NCBI GenBank assembly: GCA_026387455.1
Contig: JAPLLR010000025.1
Location: 1-61,870 of the forward strand
Origin: Candidatus Omnitrophota bacterium
Lineage (GTDB): Bacteria; Omnitrophota; Gorgyraeia; Gygaellales; Profunditerraquicolaceae
Length of the DNA: 61,870 nucleotides
Direction of reading: 5' to 3'
Under the pieces are notes generated by a model. The model was given only the letters and a program-made list of their open reading frames with translations. It was not told the DNA's origin and did not search any database. The translations under genes and the position numbers were made by a program. Every line of letters begins with the position of its first letter. The stretch's first letter is position 1. Positions 35,138-45,537 of the stretch are shown here, piece by piece.

Positions 35138-36567
35138 TATAAAACCATCTTCTTGGCCGCTTTCAGGGCATCTATCTTAGTCTTTACTTTGCCGATAGCC
35201 TGCAGCTCTTCAATTTCAGAAAGTATCTTGCCAAATAATGGGGACGGTTCTAATTTAAACTCCCGGATCAGGTCATCTCCATTGATCAGTCGCGCTGGCT
35301 TCTTCTCTTTGGCCTTGCGGAAAGATTCACGGATCAAGCCAAAAACCACTTTCTCATGTTTAGCCCGAGATTCAGGGGTGGTCAACGGACCCTTGGTCGC
35401 CCGCTGGTCAGCGATAGACATTAACAAGGTGCTCACCGACTCATTGCCGGCATCCCTGAAATAGCGGAACTTTGCCCGAGAGGTCAACACCTCATGGTCA
35501 GCCAGAAATCCCGGCCTTAGATGATGCCGCACGATCTTACGCAAAACCGATATCTCGTCGTTAGAAAGCTTCAGGCGCTTGGCGATCTCTTCTGTCGGCT
35601 TGATTCCCATCCACTCGTGGCCGTGAAAAATAGTCTTTCCCTCCTCATAGCGCAAAGCTTTGGGCTTACCTATATCATGCAATAGCGCGGCCAGTTTTAA
35701 AACTGCCCGGCGCTTTCGTTCTGCAGAAATTATTTCTTCCAGATACGCTTTTATCTCTTCATTTTTTGTCTGCTTAAATAATAGATCCATCTGCCTCAAT
35801 GACTCTAGAGTATGCTGCCAGACATCCAGATGATGATACGGACCCTGTCCTATGCCGCGCATAGATTTAAGCTCAGGAAAAAGTATTTCTATGATCTTTT
35901 GTTCATCGAGCATAGCAATGTAATTATAAGAGTTCTTACTATCCAAAATCTTAAACAGTTCATCCCGGATGCGCTCGAAAGAAACCTTGGTTAATTTGGA
36001 TTTCTCTTTTTTAGCTAAAGCAAACGTTTGCTTGTCTATTGAGAATCCCAGTATGCAGGCATAACTAAAAGCGCGCAGAATTCGTAGCGGATCTTCACTA
36101 AAAGAACTTTTGTGCGCTATTGCGATAATCTTTTTCTTTATATCTCCCTGAGCGCCGTAACAATCGATCAAATCACATGCACCGCTAAAAACTTTTTCCA
36201 GCTCCATAGCCAGAGTGTTAACAGTGAAATCCCTATGTAGCAGGTCAATTTCTAGCGTTTCGCCGCGAAAATCGCTAAAGTCAAAGGTACAGAAACCACC
36301 TCCTAATTTCTTCACTACCCGACAGGCGCCGTGCTGCTCATCCAGCACCACAAAACCGGCAGACATCCTCTTAGCCAATTGCCTGCCGAAACTTATAGCG
36401 TAACGCTTAAGGCAGAAATCAAAATCTAAATTCGCCTTTTGCCTACCAATCAGCTTATCGCGTAGAATTCCGCCAACCAGATAAAGCTTAGCCTTCTTCA
36501 CCTTGGCAAAATCAAGAACCGGCTTAAGAAAAGATTTTTCTTGCTGAGTAAAAATAATCGGTTTCAT
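35137..36567 (-). CDS. CCA-adding enzyme / poly(A) polymerase family nucleotidyltransferase with HD domain
   Basis: LVGGILRD...DFDF head domain, an RILRAFSYA block, and an HD domain (LLHDIGKP). Confidence 0.8.
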   Translation of the reverse strand: MKPIIFTQQEKSFLKPVLDFAKVKKAKLYLVGGILRDKLIGRQKANLDFDFCLKRYAISFGRQLAKRMSAGFVVLDEQHGACRVVKKLGGGFCTFDFSDFRGETLEIDLLHRDFTVNTLAMELEKVFSGACDLIDCYGAQGDIKKKIIAIAHKSSFSEDPLRILRAFSYACILGFSIDKQTFALAKKEKSKLTKVSFERIRDELFKILDSKNSYNYIAMLDEQKIIEILFPELKSMRGIGQGPYHHLDVWQHTLESLRQMDLLFKQTKNEEIKAYLEEIISAERKRRAVLKLAALLHDIGKPKALRYEEGKTIFHGHEWMGIKPTEEIAKRLKLSNDEISVLRKIVRHHLRPGFLADHEVLTSRAKFRYFRDAGNESVSTLLMSIADQRATKGPLTTPESRAKHEKVVFGLIRESFRKAKEKKPARLINGDDLIREFKLEPSPLFGKILSEIEELQAIGKVKTKIDALKAAKKMVL

Positions 36568-36583
36568 AGTTTCCGTCTCTAAA

Positions 36584-38209
36584 TCACTCCCTTCCCGAGT
36601 ATTTCTTTAAATCCGCGACAAAAGCCGGATCAACGCGATACCCCGATGCCTCTGCTTTAAGCACATCTTCCCATGCTTTATCGTATTCGCCTTTCCTAGC
36701 ATATACAGCCGCTCGGTTATCATAAGTTTCGCCATCGTTAGGATCAATTTGTATTGCTCGATTCTGATCTGCAAGGGCCTTATCATATTCGCCTCTTGAA
36801 GCATATATAAGAGCTCTGCCAGCATAAGCCTTACCGGCATTAGAGTTAATTTGCATTGCTTTGGCATAATCTGCAAGGGCCTTGTTAAAATCTCCCATCA
36901 TAGCTAAAAAAGATCCCCGGTCAATATAAACTGACTCACTACTTGGGTTCATTTCAACCGCCTTGTTAAAATCAACAATCGCATGCTGAAAATCCTTTTT
37001 TGCTGCATAAGCGAATGCCCGCGCGGTATATACCCTTTCTTTTAAAGAAGGGTCAATTTCCAAAGCGCGAGTAAAATCATTGATTGCAAGATCGTTTTCC
37101 TTTAACAAGAAGTACCTTGCTCCCCTCATTACATAACCCCTGGCTAAACCGGAATCGATCTGTAGCGCCTTATTGAAATCCGAAATTTCCTGATCATACT
37201 TTTTTATTAGGCCATAAAGATAACCGCGAGACACATAAGCATTAGCGTTAGCGGGATTTATCTCAAGGCCCTGCGTAAAATAGGAAATGGCTTTATCTAA
37301 ATCACCCTGTAGATAGGCATTACTACCCTGCGTAAAATAATAATCTGCCCCCCGAGCTGCATTTTGCACAAATTCTTTAAGGCTTATCTTTGTGCCAGTC
37401 GTAATAAACGGTTTGATTTCATTAATGGCTAAAGCGAAATTAATATTTTGACCATCCTGCCTGACAGATGTTGCTATTCCCATAACTTCGCCTCGAGAAT
37501 CCAGGATCGGTCCGCCGCTGTTTCCGGGAGATACCGGAGCGGTAAACTGAATCCACTTAAGACCATTTTCATCCCGTATTCCGGAAATCATCCCATCAGA
37601 AAAAGAATATTCCAAGCCCAAAGGATTTCCTACGCAGTAAACTTTCTCCCCAACCTGTAAAGCATTAGAGTCTCCAAGAGAAACCTGTGGTAAGTTTTGA
37701 GCATCGATCTTTAAAAGACAGAAGTCGCGGCTTACATCATGGTAAATTACATCAGTTACAGCATACACTGTGCCATCTTTTAACTTAACCTTGATTTCTT
37801 GAGCAGCGGAAATGACATGATAGTTTGTTACTATTACCCCTGAAGCATCAATAATAAAACCGGATCCAAAAAGGTCTTTCACGATCTTCTTAAAGGATCC
37901 TTTCGTTTCAATATAAACAACAGCAGGGCCTATGTTTTTAAAAATATCCTGGGGATCAAGTTTATTCGACTTGTCGACACTTAAAGAAGTGCTTTGAACT
38001 ACCGTAACAGACTTGCCATCAATAGCAACTATTTCATCAAGAAAATACGTTAAAAGGACGCCTTCGAAATCCAGCTTAATGTATTTATCTGTCTCTTCAA
38101 TAATCTTTCCCTCTACAGTTTTACCGGATTTTAAGCTAATAATTTCGGCAAAAGATATACCGGCAAAGAAGAATAAGCAAATTATTGAGAGACTAAATTT
38201 CCTAAACAT
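36584..38209 (-). CDS. Secreted trypsin-like (S1C) serine protease fused to TPR repeats
   Basis: Signal peptide, an N-terminal SLKSGKTVEGKI module, TNYHV, GNSGGPILD, and then about 7 TPR units (e.g. AYVSRGYLY, AYAGRALIY). Confidence 0.8.
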   Translation of the reverse strand: MFRKFSLSIICLFFFAGISFAEIISLKSGKTVEGKIIEETDKYIKLDFEGVLLTYFLDEIVAIDGKSVTVVQSTSLSVDKSNKLDPQDIFKNIGPAVVYIETKGSFKKIVKDLFGSGFIIDASGVIVTNYHVISAAQEIKVKLKDGTVYAVTDVIYHDVSRDFCLLKIDAQNLPQVSLGDSNALQVGEKVYCVGNPLGLEYSFSDGMISGIRDENGLKWIQFTAPVSPGNSGGPILDSRGEVMGIATSVRQDGQNINFALAINEIKPFITTGTKISLKEFVQNAARGADYYFTQGSNAYLQGDLDKAISYFTQGLEINPANANAYVSRGYLYGLIKKYDQEISDFNKALQIDSGLARGYVMRGARYFLLKENDLAINDFTRALEIDPSLKERVYTARAFAYAAKKDFQHAIVDFNKAVEMNPSSESVYIDRGSFLAMMGDFNKALADYAKAMQINSNAGKAYAGRALIYASRGEYDKALADQNRAIQIDPNDGETYDNRAAVYARKGEYDKAWEDVLKAEASGYRVDPAFVADLKKYSGRE

Positions 38210-38263
38210 AAATATCTCCGAATTCTTTCTGCTAACCTATTCCACCTTTCGAAGTGGAAATGG

Positions 38264-38683
38264 TTATTTAATATCGTTATTCTGATTGAAGGTTTCGGAC
38301 TGCTTGATGATTTCGTCTTCGACGAATATCGGCGCGTGCGCGCGCACGGCAAGGGCAATACTGTCAGAGGGGCGAGCATCGATGATTTTTTCCTGTCCGT
38401 CTGCGGTCTTAAGGACAATCTTGGCGTGAAAGGCGCTTTCCTCCAACTTATCGATGATGATCTTCACCGTCGAAGCGTTGAGATTCTCAATAGCATTATA
38501 CAACAGATCGTGGGTAAGAGGCCGCGGCGGTTGAAAACCGCTGATCTTTAATTTTATGGCTGAAGCCTCCGCAAGCCCGATGACAATAGGCAGGATACGG
38601 TTGCCGTTTTTCTCTTTTAAAACGATGAGCTGGTCGTGCCTTTTTTCATCGATAACTATTTTATTTAATTCCATTTCGATCAT
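38264..38683 (-). CDS. Bifunctional nuclease family protein (DUF151 / BFN)
   Basis: LPIVIGLAEASAI..., PRPLTHDLL and IDARPSDSIALAVR are typical DUF151 blocks. Confidence 0.8.
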   Translation of the reverse strand: MIEMELNKIVIDEKRHDQLIVLKEKNGNRILPIVIGLAEASAIKLKISGFQPPRPLTHDLLYNAIENLNASTVKIIIDKLEESAFHAKIVLKTADGQEKIIDARPSDSIALAVRAHAPIFVEDEIIKQSETFNQNNDIK

Positions 38684-38697
38684 TTAATCCCCGCTCC

Positions 38698-39168
38698 TTA
38701 TTTGGACCTTTTCTTTTCCTTACCTAAAATATCCTTAAGCTCCTCCATGAACTGGCCGACATCTTTGAATTGACGATACACTGAGGCAAAACGCACATAA
38801 GCCACTTCATCCAGGGCCTTGAGCTTATCCATAATTAGTTCACCGATTCGGTTAGCCGCCACTTCACGGTCAGACTTTTTTTGGATCGCACGCTCTATCT
38901 GGGTAACCACGTCTTCCATCTTTTCCATACCGATAGGACGTTTTTCACAGGCACGCATGATACCGGAAAGAATCTTCTTGCGGTCAAAAGGCTCCCTGCG
39001 ACCGTCCTTCTTGATGACCATCAAAGACACATCCTCGATATACTCATAAGTGGTAAAACGCTTGGCGCATTTTAAACACTCTCTCCGGCGCCTGACCGCG
39101 GATTCTTCGGCTGTGGCACGGGAATCAACTACCTTATCTTCTTTGTAACCGCAAAATGGGCATTTCAT
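38698..39168 (-). CDS. nrdR: Transcriptional repressor NrdR
   Basis: MKCPFCG...KVVDSR zinc ribbon, [16 protein letters not shown], and an ATP-cone region. Confidence 0.9.
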   Translation of the reverse strand: MKCPFCGYKEDKVVDSRATAEESAVRRRRECLKCAKRFTTYEYIEDVSLMVIKKDGRREPFDRKKILSGIMRACEKRPIGMEKMEDVVTQIERAIQKKSDREVAANRIGELIMDKLKALDEVAYVRFASVYRQFKDVGQFMEELKDILGKEKKRSK

Positions 39169-39632
39169 TTGGCCACCTTCCTTACTTTTATCTTCGCCTG
39201 CTTTAGGAAATCCATCGCCATCTTGTCCGGATATCCTTCGGTAATAATAATCTCACTGATCCCGGCATTAATCAGCATTTTCGCGCAGATCACGCATGGC
39301 TGACAGGTCGCGTACAACTTGCTTCCTTTGACACTGATGCCATATAAAGAGGCCTGGATTAAAGCATTTTGCTCAGCATGCAACGCCCGACAAAGCTCAT
39401 GACGCTGGCCAGACGGAATATTCAACTTCTGACGCAGGCACCCGATATCCAGACAATGCTTCAATCCCGCCGGAGCTCCGTTATATCCGGTAGCCAGGAT
39501 CCTTTTATCTTTGACTAAGATCGCGCCCACGTTCCGGCGCAGACACGTCGAACGCCTGGCCACTAACCCGGCAACATCCAAGAAATATTTATCCCAGCTG
39601 GGACGCTTATGCATAGTTTTCTTTTTTACCAT
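39165..39632 (-). CDS. dCMP deaminase (ComEB-type cytidine/deoxycytidylate deaminase)
   Basis: HAEQNAL and [10 protein letters not shown] zinc motifs, in a 155-aa protein. Confidence 0.85.
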   Translation of the reverse strand: MVKKKTMHKRPSWDKYFLDVAGLVARRSTCLRRNVGAILVKDKRILATGYNGAPAGLKHCLDIGCLRQKLNIPSGQRHELCRALHAEQNALIQASLYGISVKGSKLYATCQPCVICAKMLINAGISEIIITEGYPDKMAMDFLKQAKIKVRKVAK

Positions 39633-40879
39633 TTTGCCAGCTCCGGATATAAAGGAAACCTTCTGGTCAGATCCACGACCTGCTTCCTGATCTCTTCTAT
39701 TCTTGTCGGGCTATCGCTTGCCTCAATAGCTTCGTTGATGAGCTGGGCGATTTTGCGCATATGGATCTCTTTCATCCCGCGCGTCGTCACTGCCGCGCTC
39801 CCCAACCGAACGCCACTGGTCACTGCGGGACTTTTCTTATCAAAGGGTATAAGATTTTTATTCACAGTGATCCCGGCCATCTCCAAAACCAAAGAGGCGT
39901 CACTCCCGGTGACTCCTTTTTCACTTAAATCCACCAGCATTAAGTGTGTGTCTGTCCCTCCGGAAACAATGCGAAAACCTTTTTCCGATACCGCTTTAGC
40001 CAGCTCTTTGGAATTCTTAACCACCTGCCGGGCATAAACCTTAAACTTAGGACTCATCGCCTCTTTAAAAGCCACAGCCTTTGCCGCGATCACGTGCTGC
40101 AGCGGCCCGCCCTGAATTCCGGGGAATATTTCGGAATCGATCTTTTTGGCGAACTCTTTTCTGCAGAGAATAAATCCGCCTCTTGGTCCCCGCAAAGTCT
40201 TATGCGTCGTGGAAGTGACGAATTCCGCATAAGGCACCGGCGAAGAATGCACACCTGCCGCAACTAAACCGGCGATATGCGCCATATCCACGAATAAATA
40301 AGCCCCCACCTTATCGCAAATCTTGCGGAAAGCCTTGAAATCTAATTTTCTAGGATACGCTGAGGCTCCGGCAAGGATCATCTTAGGCTTATGTTTTTTC
40401 GCAAGACGCATAATGTAATCATAGTCAAGCATCTCAGTCTTTCTATCCACGCCATAACCTACTATCTTATAATACATTCCGGAGAAATTGTGCGGGTGGC
40501 CATGGGAGAGATGCCCGCCAGCGGATAAGTCCATAGCCATCACCGTGTCCCCCAGATTAAGTGCCGCGAAATAAATCGCCATGTTAGCCTGAGTCCCGGA
40601 GTGCGGCTGCACATTGGCGTGCTCCGCGCCGAATAATTTCTTGGCCCGCTCGATACACAATCGCTCTGACTCATCCACGAACTCGCATCCGCCATACCAG
40701 CGGCGATGAGGATATCCCTCGGCGTATTTATTAGTCAAGACCGAACCCTGCGCGGCAAGCACGGCAGGCGAAGTAAAATTCTCTGAGGCAATAAGTTCTA
40801 AATTCTCTTCCTGGCGCTTAAGCTCTCCCTTAATTGACTGGTAGATCTCCGGGTCAACATCTTTTAAAGTTCTCATCAT
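39626..40879 (-). CDS. glyA: Serine hydroxymethyltransferase
   Basis: [17 protein letters not shown] and [12 protein letters not shown] blocks. The ATG at 40879 lies in an ATGATGA junction with the rpiB stop. The ORF-track TTG extension to 40966 is unlikely to be translated. Confidence 0.9.
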   Translation of the reverse strand: MMRTLKDVDPEIYQSIKGELKRQEENLELIASENFTSPAVLAAQGSVLTNKYAEGYPHRRWYGGCEFVDESERLCIERAKKLFGAEHANVQPHSGTQANMAIYFAALNLGDTVMAMDLSAGGHLSHGHPHNFSGMYYKIVGYGVDRKTEMLDYDYIMRLAKKHKPKMILAGASAYPRKLDFKAFRKICDKVGAYLFVDMAHIAGLVAAGVHSSPVPYAEFVTSTTHKTLRGPRGGFILCRKEFAKKIDSEIFPGIQGGPLQHVIAAKAVAFKEAMSPKFKVYARQVVKNSKELAKAVSEKGFRIVSGGTDTHLMLVDLSEKGVTGSDASLVLEMAGITVNKNLIPFDKKSPAVTSGVRLGSAAVTTRGMKEIHMRKIAQLINEAIEASDSPTRIEEIRKQVVDLTRRFPLYPELAKW

Positions 40880-41334
40880 TTCGCTCCGCGGATTTTCCTT
40901 TCGATGTTCTTTATTATATTCAATCTTCTCTGGTGCCTTCCCCCCTGAAACTCCGTATTCAGCCAAACCTTGACCATCCTCTTGGCTAAAGCCGCGCTCA
41001 CAAAACGCGACCCCAATACTAGGATATTACTGTCATTATGCTCGCGCGACAAACGGACTGCAGTCAGATTATAACACAATGCTGCGCGCACGCCGGGAAA
41101 TTTATTGGCGACGATGGAGTTGCCAATGCCGGATTTACAGATCAGAATACCTTTTTTATAAATACCCTTGGAGACAAGCGAAGCCGCGTTCGCGGAAAAT
41201 TTCGGGTAATCACAAGACTCCTCACAAAAGGTCCCCACATCCCTCGCCTTATAGCCTTCCTTCTCCAGATATTCCCTGATTTTCTCTTTCAGCTTAAACC
41301 CGCCGTGATCAGAGCCTAAAACTATATTCTTCAT
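40876..41334 (-). CDS. rpiB: Ribose-5-phosphate isomerase B
   Basis: [13 protein letters not shown], a C(K)SGIG block, and size of 152 aa. Confidence 0.85.
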   Translation of the reverse strand: MKNIVLGSDHGGFKLKEKIREYLEKEGYKARDVGTFCEESCDYPKFSANAASLVSKGIYKKGILICKSGIGNSIVANKFPGVRAALCYNLTAVRLSREHNDSNILVLGSRFVSAALAKRMVKVWLNTEFQGGRHQRRLNIIKNIERKIRGAK

Positions 41335-41336
41335 TT

Positions 41337-42398
41337 TTATATAAGCTGGGAGACATGCTCCACAGCCTCCTTGATCATCCCAAATGTGAACTCGTAAAAA
41401 TCCATCGGCCTACCGATGGGGTCAGCGATATTCAGATCACTAGTATCACCTATTTTAGCAAATTCTTTTAATAAATAAACCCTATTTTTGGCGTCGGGAG
41501 CTATCTGCAGAATCCGTTCCTCGTGCAGCCGCTCCATCACCAAGACCAGATCCGCTTCTTTGACCATCTCCCGGGTAACTCTTTGCGATAAGTGCTTGGA
41601 AGCATCTATCCCCTCGTGGGCTAATAGCTGGCGAGTATCATATGTAGCGCCGAATCCGCCCACCAGAACTATTCCCCCGGAGATTACCTCTACATCAAGC
41701 CTGCCCAGATCCTTTAGTTTCTTCTTCAATAAGCCTTCCGCCATTACCGAACGGCAGGAATTACCCGTGCAGACAAAAAGCACCACTTTTCTTTTAGCCG
41801 CGGCTTCGATATCAGCTATTTTTATCGCCCCCTCCCTTAAAACCTTAAGCGGCTCAGCTGTCAAATCTACGACAGTGGACTCGAGTCTTAGCTTTGTCTC
41901 ACCGGCATCAACCGCAAAATCCACCAAACCGTTTAGATCCTTGATCGCATCCTGAAAATTCACCGGCGCAGGATTTCCAGAGAGATTCGCCGAAGGGCAA
42001 ACCACCGAGACCTTAGCCAGCGAGATGATCCTAAGCGCAATTTCATTATCCGGCATGCGGATACCGATGGTACCTAAATCTTTGGCCTGCAAAACAATGG
42101 TCAAAGGTCCGGGCCAGAATTTATTGATCAACTTATAAGCCACAATCGGAATATCTTTAGCAAAATGCTCGATCTTGATCTTCTCGTCAATATGTATTGT
42201 GAACGGCTTGTTCTTAGGGCGCTTCTTTATTTCACTTAATCTTTCTATAGCTTTTTTATCCAGCGCGTTTGCCGCCACGCCATATACAGTATCCGTCGGG
42301 ATGATCACCAACTCGCCCTTTGCCAAAGCCTGAGCTGCCTGAGTAATCAGCTCTTCCTGAGGTGCCCGGGGATCTACTTTAACAATTCTAGTGGTCAT
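41337..42398 (-). CDS. L-threonylcarbamoyladenylate synthase (TsaC/YrdC domain) fused to a low-molecular-weight protein phosphatase
   Basis: The N-terminal YrdC domain has GELVIIPTDTVYGVAANA. The C-terminal LMW-PTP domain has the P-loop VLFVCTGNSCRSVMAEG and the general-acid ADPIG. Confidence 0.8.
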   Translation of the reverse strand: MTTRIVKVDPRAPQEELITQAAQALAKGELVIIPTDTVYGVAANALDKKAIERLSEIKKRPKNKPFTIHIDEKIKIEHFAKDIPIVAYKLINKFWPGPLTIVLQAKDLGTIGIRMPDNEIALRIISLAKVSVVCPSANLSGNPAPVNFQDAIKDLNGLVDFAVDAGETKLRLESTVVDLTAEPLKVLREGAIKIADIEAAAKRKVVLFVCTGNSCRSVMAEGLLKKKLKDLGRLDVEVISGGIVLVGGFGATYDTRQLLAHEGIDASKHLSQRVTREMVKEADLVLVMERLHEERILQIAPDAKNRVYLLKEFAKIGDTSDLNIADPIGRPMDFYEFTFGMIKEAVEHVSQLI

Positions 42399-42877
42399 GC
42401 TTTAAGTTTTATCGCCCTGATTTTGGCAGTCATTTCTCTTTTATAAACTGCAAGTTTCACCTGAACCTTATTATCGGTGGTCCCCAAAATCTCTAAGGCA
42501 AAAATAGCGGCGTTTTTAGCTCCGGCGCTACCGATAGCCATGGAAGCTACCGGAACTCCCGGAGGCATCTGTACTGTAGAGAGCAGAGAATCCAGGCCTT
42601 TAAGAGCCTTGCCTTCAATAGGTATACCTATGACAGGTAAAGTAGTATGGGCTGCGATCACTCCGGCCAGAGCAGCGGACATGCCTGCCGCAGCAATGAA
42701 AACCTTCACCCCTCTTTTGGGTGCAGCCTCAACGTAACGCACTAATTCCTTAGGCGTGCGGTGCGCGGATAAAACTTTGATCTCGAATCCGGTTTTAAAA
42801 TCCTTCAATATAGCTACTGTTTCCTTTACTGTATCCAGATCCGACTGGCTGCCCATAATTATGCTTATTTTATTCAT
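42395..42877 (-). CDS. purE: N5-carboxyaminoimidazole ribonucleotide mutase
   Basis: ISIIMGSQSD, SAHRTP and AAGMSAALAGVIAA blocks. Confidence 0.85.
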   Translation of the reverse strand: MNKISIIMGSQSDLDTVKETVAILKDFKTGFEIKVLSAHRTPKELVRYVEAAPKRGVKVFIAAAGMSAALAGVIAAHTTLPVIGIPIEGKALKGLDSLLSTVQMPPGVPVASMAIGSAGAKNAAIFALEILGTTDNKVQVKLAVYKREMTAKIRAIKLKA

Positions 42878-42885
42878 AAAGCCTC

Positions 42886-44157
42886 CTAACTTATCGCCCG
42901 CTTTCCTATATCCAAACGATAGTGCATTCCTTCAAAATTAATTTTATCCACTGCCTGATATGTAGTATTTATCGCCTCTTTGATAGTACTGCCGCGTCCG
43001 GTAACCCCCAAAACTCTTCCGCCACTGGTAACTATTTTCTTATTTTCCAGTTTTGTTCCGGCATGAAACACTACTACATCCTGCATTGCTCCTGCAACAT
43101 CCAGCCCGGAGATTTCCTTGTCCTTAGCATAATCTCCGGGATAACCTCCGGCAGCGCAAACTACACAGACGCAGGCGCGACTATCCCAATCTAGAGTCCT
43201 TATACGGTTTAATTTCTGCTCAGCTACCGCTGCCATTACTTCCACTAAATCCGATTTTAATCTAGGTAATATCGCCTGGGTCTCCGGATCTCCAAAGCGC
43301 ACATTAAATTCTAAAGTTTTCGGGCCGTCTTTAGTGATCATTACTCCGGCGTAAAGCACCCCCCGGTAGTCAATGCCCTCTTTTGCCAGCCCGTCAATGG
43401 TACGATAGACTATTGTCTCTAAAATATTCTTAAGCAGTTCCTTAGTGACTACCGGAGCCGGAGAATACGCGCCCATGCCTCCGGTATTAGGGCCCTGGTC
43501 GAGATCATTGACCCTCTTATGATCCTGCGCGGAAGCAAGAGCGATCACTTCCCGGGAGTCAGTCAGCACTAAAATCGAGGCTTCCTCACCACTTAGGCAT
43601 TCTTCGACGATGATCTTATTCCCGGCATCGCCGAAGATCTTCTCCTGCATCATGGAAGTGACCGCGGCCTTTGCCTCATCCGCGGTCTTGGCCACTACTA
43701 CGCCCTTGCCCGCAGCCAAACCATCAGCCTTGACTACGCAAGGTGCTCCAACTTGCTCAATATATTTCTTTGCCTCAACTGCATCGGTAAAGACTCTAAA
43801 ATCCGCAGTGGGGACTTTATACTTGGCCATCAGCTGCTTGGAGAAGACCTTGCTTGCCTCCAGCTGAGCAGCTAATTGGCTAGGCCCAAAGATCCGCAAA
43901 CCATAATGAAAGAACTCATCAACGATCCCATTTGACAGAGGGGCCTCAGGCCCGACTACAGTTAGGTCAATTTTTTCTTTACGCGCAAAATCCAGCAGAC
44001 GCCCGATATCATCTGCCTTTATATCTAAGCACTCTGCCTGTTGGAATATCCCGGCATTTCCAGGAGCGCAAAAAATCTTATCCACCAGCTTTGACTGCGC
44101 TATCTTCCAGACTAAGGCATGTTCCCTGCCGCCTGAGCCGATGACTAAAACCCGCAT
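42886..44157 (-). CDS. purD: Phosphoribosylamine-glycine ligase
   Basis: MRVLVIGSGGREHAL start, an ATP-grasp core, and GGRVLGVT near the C-terminus. Confidence 0.9.
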   Translation of the reverse strand: MRVLVIGSGGREHALVWKIAQSKLVDKIFCAPGNAGIFQQAECLDIKADDIGRLLDFARKEKIDLTVVGPEAPLSNGIVDEFFHYGLRIFGPSQLAAQLEASKVFSKQLMAKYKVPTADFRVFTDAVEAKKYIEQVGAPCVVKADGLAAGKGVVVAKTADEAKAAVTSMMQEKIFGDAGNKIIVEECLSGEEASILVLTDSREVIALASAQDHKRVNDLDQGPNTGGMGAYSPAPVVTKELLKNILETIVYRTIDGLAKEGIDYRGVLYAGVMITKDGPKTLEFNVRFGDPETQAILPRLKSDLVEVMAAVAEQKLNRIRTLDWDSRACVCVVCAAGGYPGDYAKDKEISGLDVAGAMQDVVVFHAGTKLENKKIVTSGGRVLGVTGRGSTIKEAINTTYQAVDKINFEGMHYRLDIGKRAIS

Positions 44158-45033
44158 TTATTTCTTTTCTTTCTGCTCAACTGTAACCGGCAGTACGCCT
44201 GCCATTTCCCCTATAACATTTATTAATTGAGTATTTGCCGGAACGACTATTTTGGCATTATTCTGCAAAGCATGTTCTACTGCCTCAAGCTTCCTTAGGA
44301 CCTGCGCGTTTCCCACAAAGAATTTCTCCGCGGCCTCATTGACCAATTTTATCGCCTCAGCTTCGCCTTCTGCCTCTAAAATCCTTGCCTGCTTTATGCC
44401 TTCAGCCTTCTTAATCTCCGCCCGCTTTTGTCCATCGGCAACGGTTTCTACCGCGGTAGCATAATCAACAGCCGCGATCTTTTCATTCTCCGCCTTGACC
44501 ACCTTATTCATGGTCTCCTGCACATCCTTCGGCGGGTCGATTTCTTTTAGCTCGGTCCTTACGATCTCCAGGCCCCAATGCGAAGTTTCGGACATCAGCG
44601 TCCTATGCAGCTCATCATTGATCTTTCCGCGCTCGCTGTTAGCGGATTTCAAAGTCAAAGTACCAATTATATTTCTTAAGGTAGTGCGGGCAAGATTAAC
44701 AATCTGGTACTGATAATTAAAAACATGATACACCGCGCTCTTGATGCTTTCCTCATCCGCCTTTACCTTAAAATAAACCTGGGCGTCTACTTTGGCGTTT
44801 AAATTATCGTTGGTGATGATTTCCTGAGGCTCAGCATCGACCATCTGCTCAGTTACGTTGATCTGGTAGATAACCTCAATAATCGGCATGATCCAGTTAA
44901 AGCCCGGGGAAGCAAACCGATTGTATTTTCCGAATCTCTCAATTAAGCCTCTATGGGTCGGCCTGACGATACGAATGCCCATCAAAAACACCACCACCGC
45001 CACAATGATCAAGACATACAAAAGATTCACCAT
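44158..45033 (-). CDS. SPFH / band-7 (stomatin-prohibitin) family membrane protein
   Basis: N-terminal TM helix, RGLIERFGKY, and an Ala/Glu-rich coiled tail (AEIKKAEGIKQARILEAEGEAEAI). Confidence 0.8.
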   Translation of the reverse strand: MVNLLYVLIIVAVVVFLMGIRIVRPTHRGLIERFGKYNRFASPGFNWIMPIIEVIYQINVTEQMVDAEPQEIITNDNLNAKVDAQVYFKVKADEESIKSAVYHVFNYQYQIVNLARTTLRNIIGTLTLKSANSERGKINDELHRTLMSETSHWGLEIVRTELKEIDPPKDVQETMNKVVKAENEKIAAVDYATAVETVADGQKRAEIKKAEGIKQARILEAEGEAEAIKLVNEAAEKFFVGNAQVLRKLEAVEHALQNNAKIVVPANTQLINVIGEMAGVLPVTVEQKEKK

Positions 45034-45046
45034 CTTTACCCTCCTT

Positions 45047-45089
45047 GCGCAGAAAGCGCAACACTGGCCTATCCAATAAGGCCAGGTGT
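45047..45089 (-). repeat. Family C intercistronic structured element, copy 2
   Basis: ACACTGGCCTatccaataAGGCCAGGTGT, followed by the small hairpin GCGCagaaaGCGC, which directly abuts the SD (AAGGAGGG) of the SPFH gene. Confidence 0.6.
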
Positions 45090-45093
45090 TTCG

Positions 45094-45528
45094 TTATTTT
45101 GCTTCCGCGATTCTATTAAACTCGTAGTAAACTTCATCCGGAAAAAGCCGGCATGCACCTAATTCCGCTTCCAGCGCCTGAACCCTTTCCTGTTGGTACA
45201 AGTATTCGGCATATTCAGATGGACTATACCGGACATTACGCAATTCGTCTTTCTCACCATTCTCCACATCAGTTAATTCTTCATCAATGAGCTTTTCTAT
45301 ATGTTCATGGATCTTGTCTTCATTATCCCGGATAAAGTTATCTTTTGTCTCTTCCGGAATATCCGTACGTCCCAAAATAACCGGAATCTTTAAATGCTCC
45401 TCGATCTCAGAAGTCATCTCCCGGCGCAACTTAAGCAAGCGCAATTTTCCCTCCTGTTTAAAGACCTCCATCTCTTCCAGCTTTTTACGCTCTTTGCAGT
45501 AAAGCTGCTTCAATAAATCAACATACAT
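45094..45528 (-). CDS. Hypothetical acidic coiled-coil protein (144 aa)
   Basis: Glu/Lys-rich with no TM segment and no motif I recognise. The coding call rests on ORF length and its position in the operon. Confidence 0.45.
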   Translation of the reverse strand: MYVDLLKQLYCKERKKLEEMEVFKQEGKLRLLKLRREMTSEIEEHLKIPVILGRTDIPEETKDNFIRDNEDKIHEHIEKLIDEELTDVENGEKDELRNVRYSPSEYAEYLYQQERVQALEAELGACRLFPDEVYYEFNRIAEAK

Positions 45529-45537
45529 AATCTCCCC

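Noticed and set aside
38210-38263. Hairpin TTCCACctttcgaaGTGGAA between the BFN nuclease gene and the Ser-protease gene, as a possible member of family C.
   Set aside because: It shares the position (stop - hairpin - SD) but not the sequence blocks of family C, and there is no U-tract. It is treated as an ordinary intercistronic hairpin.
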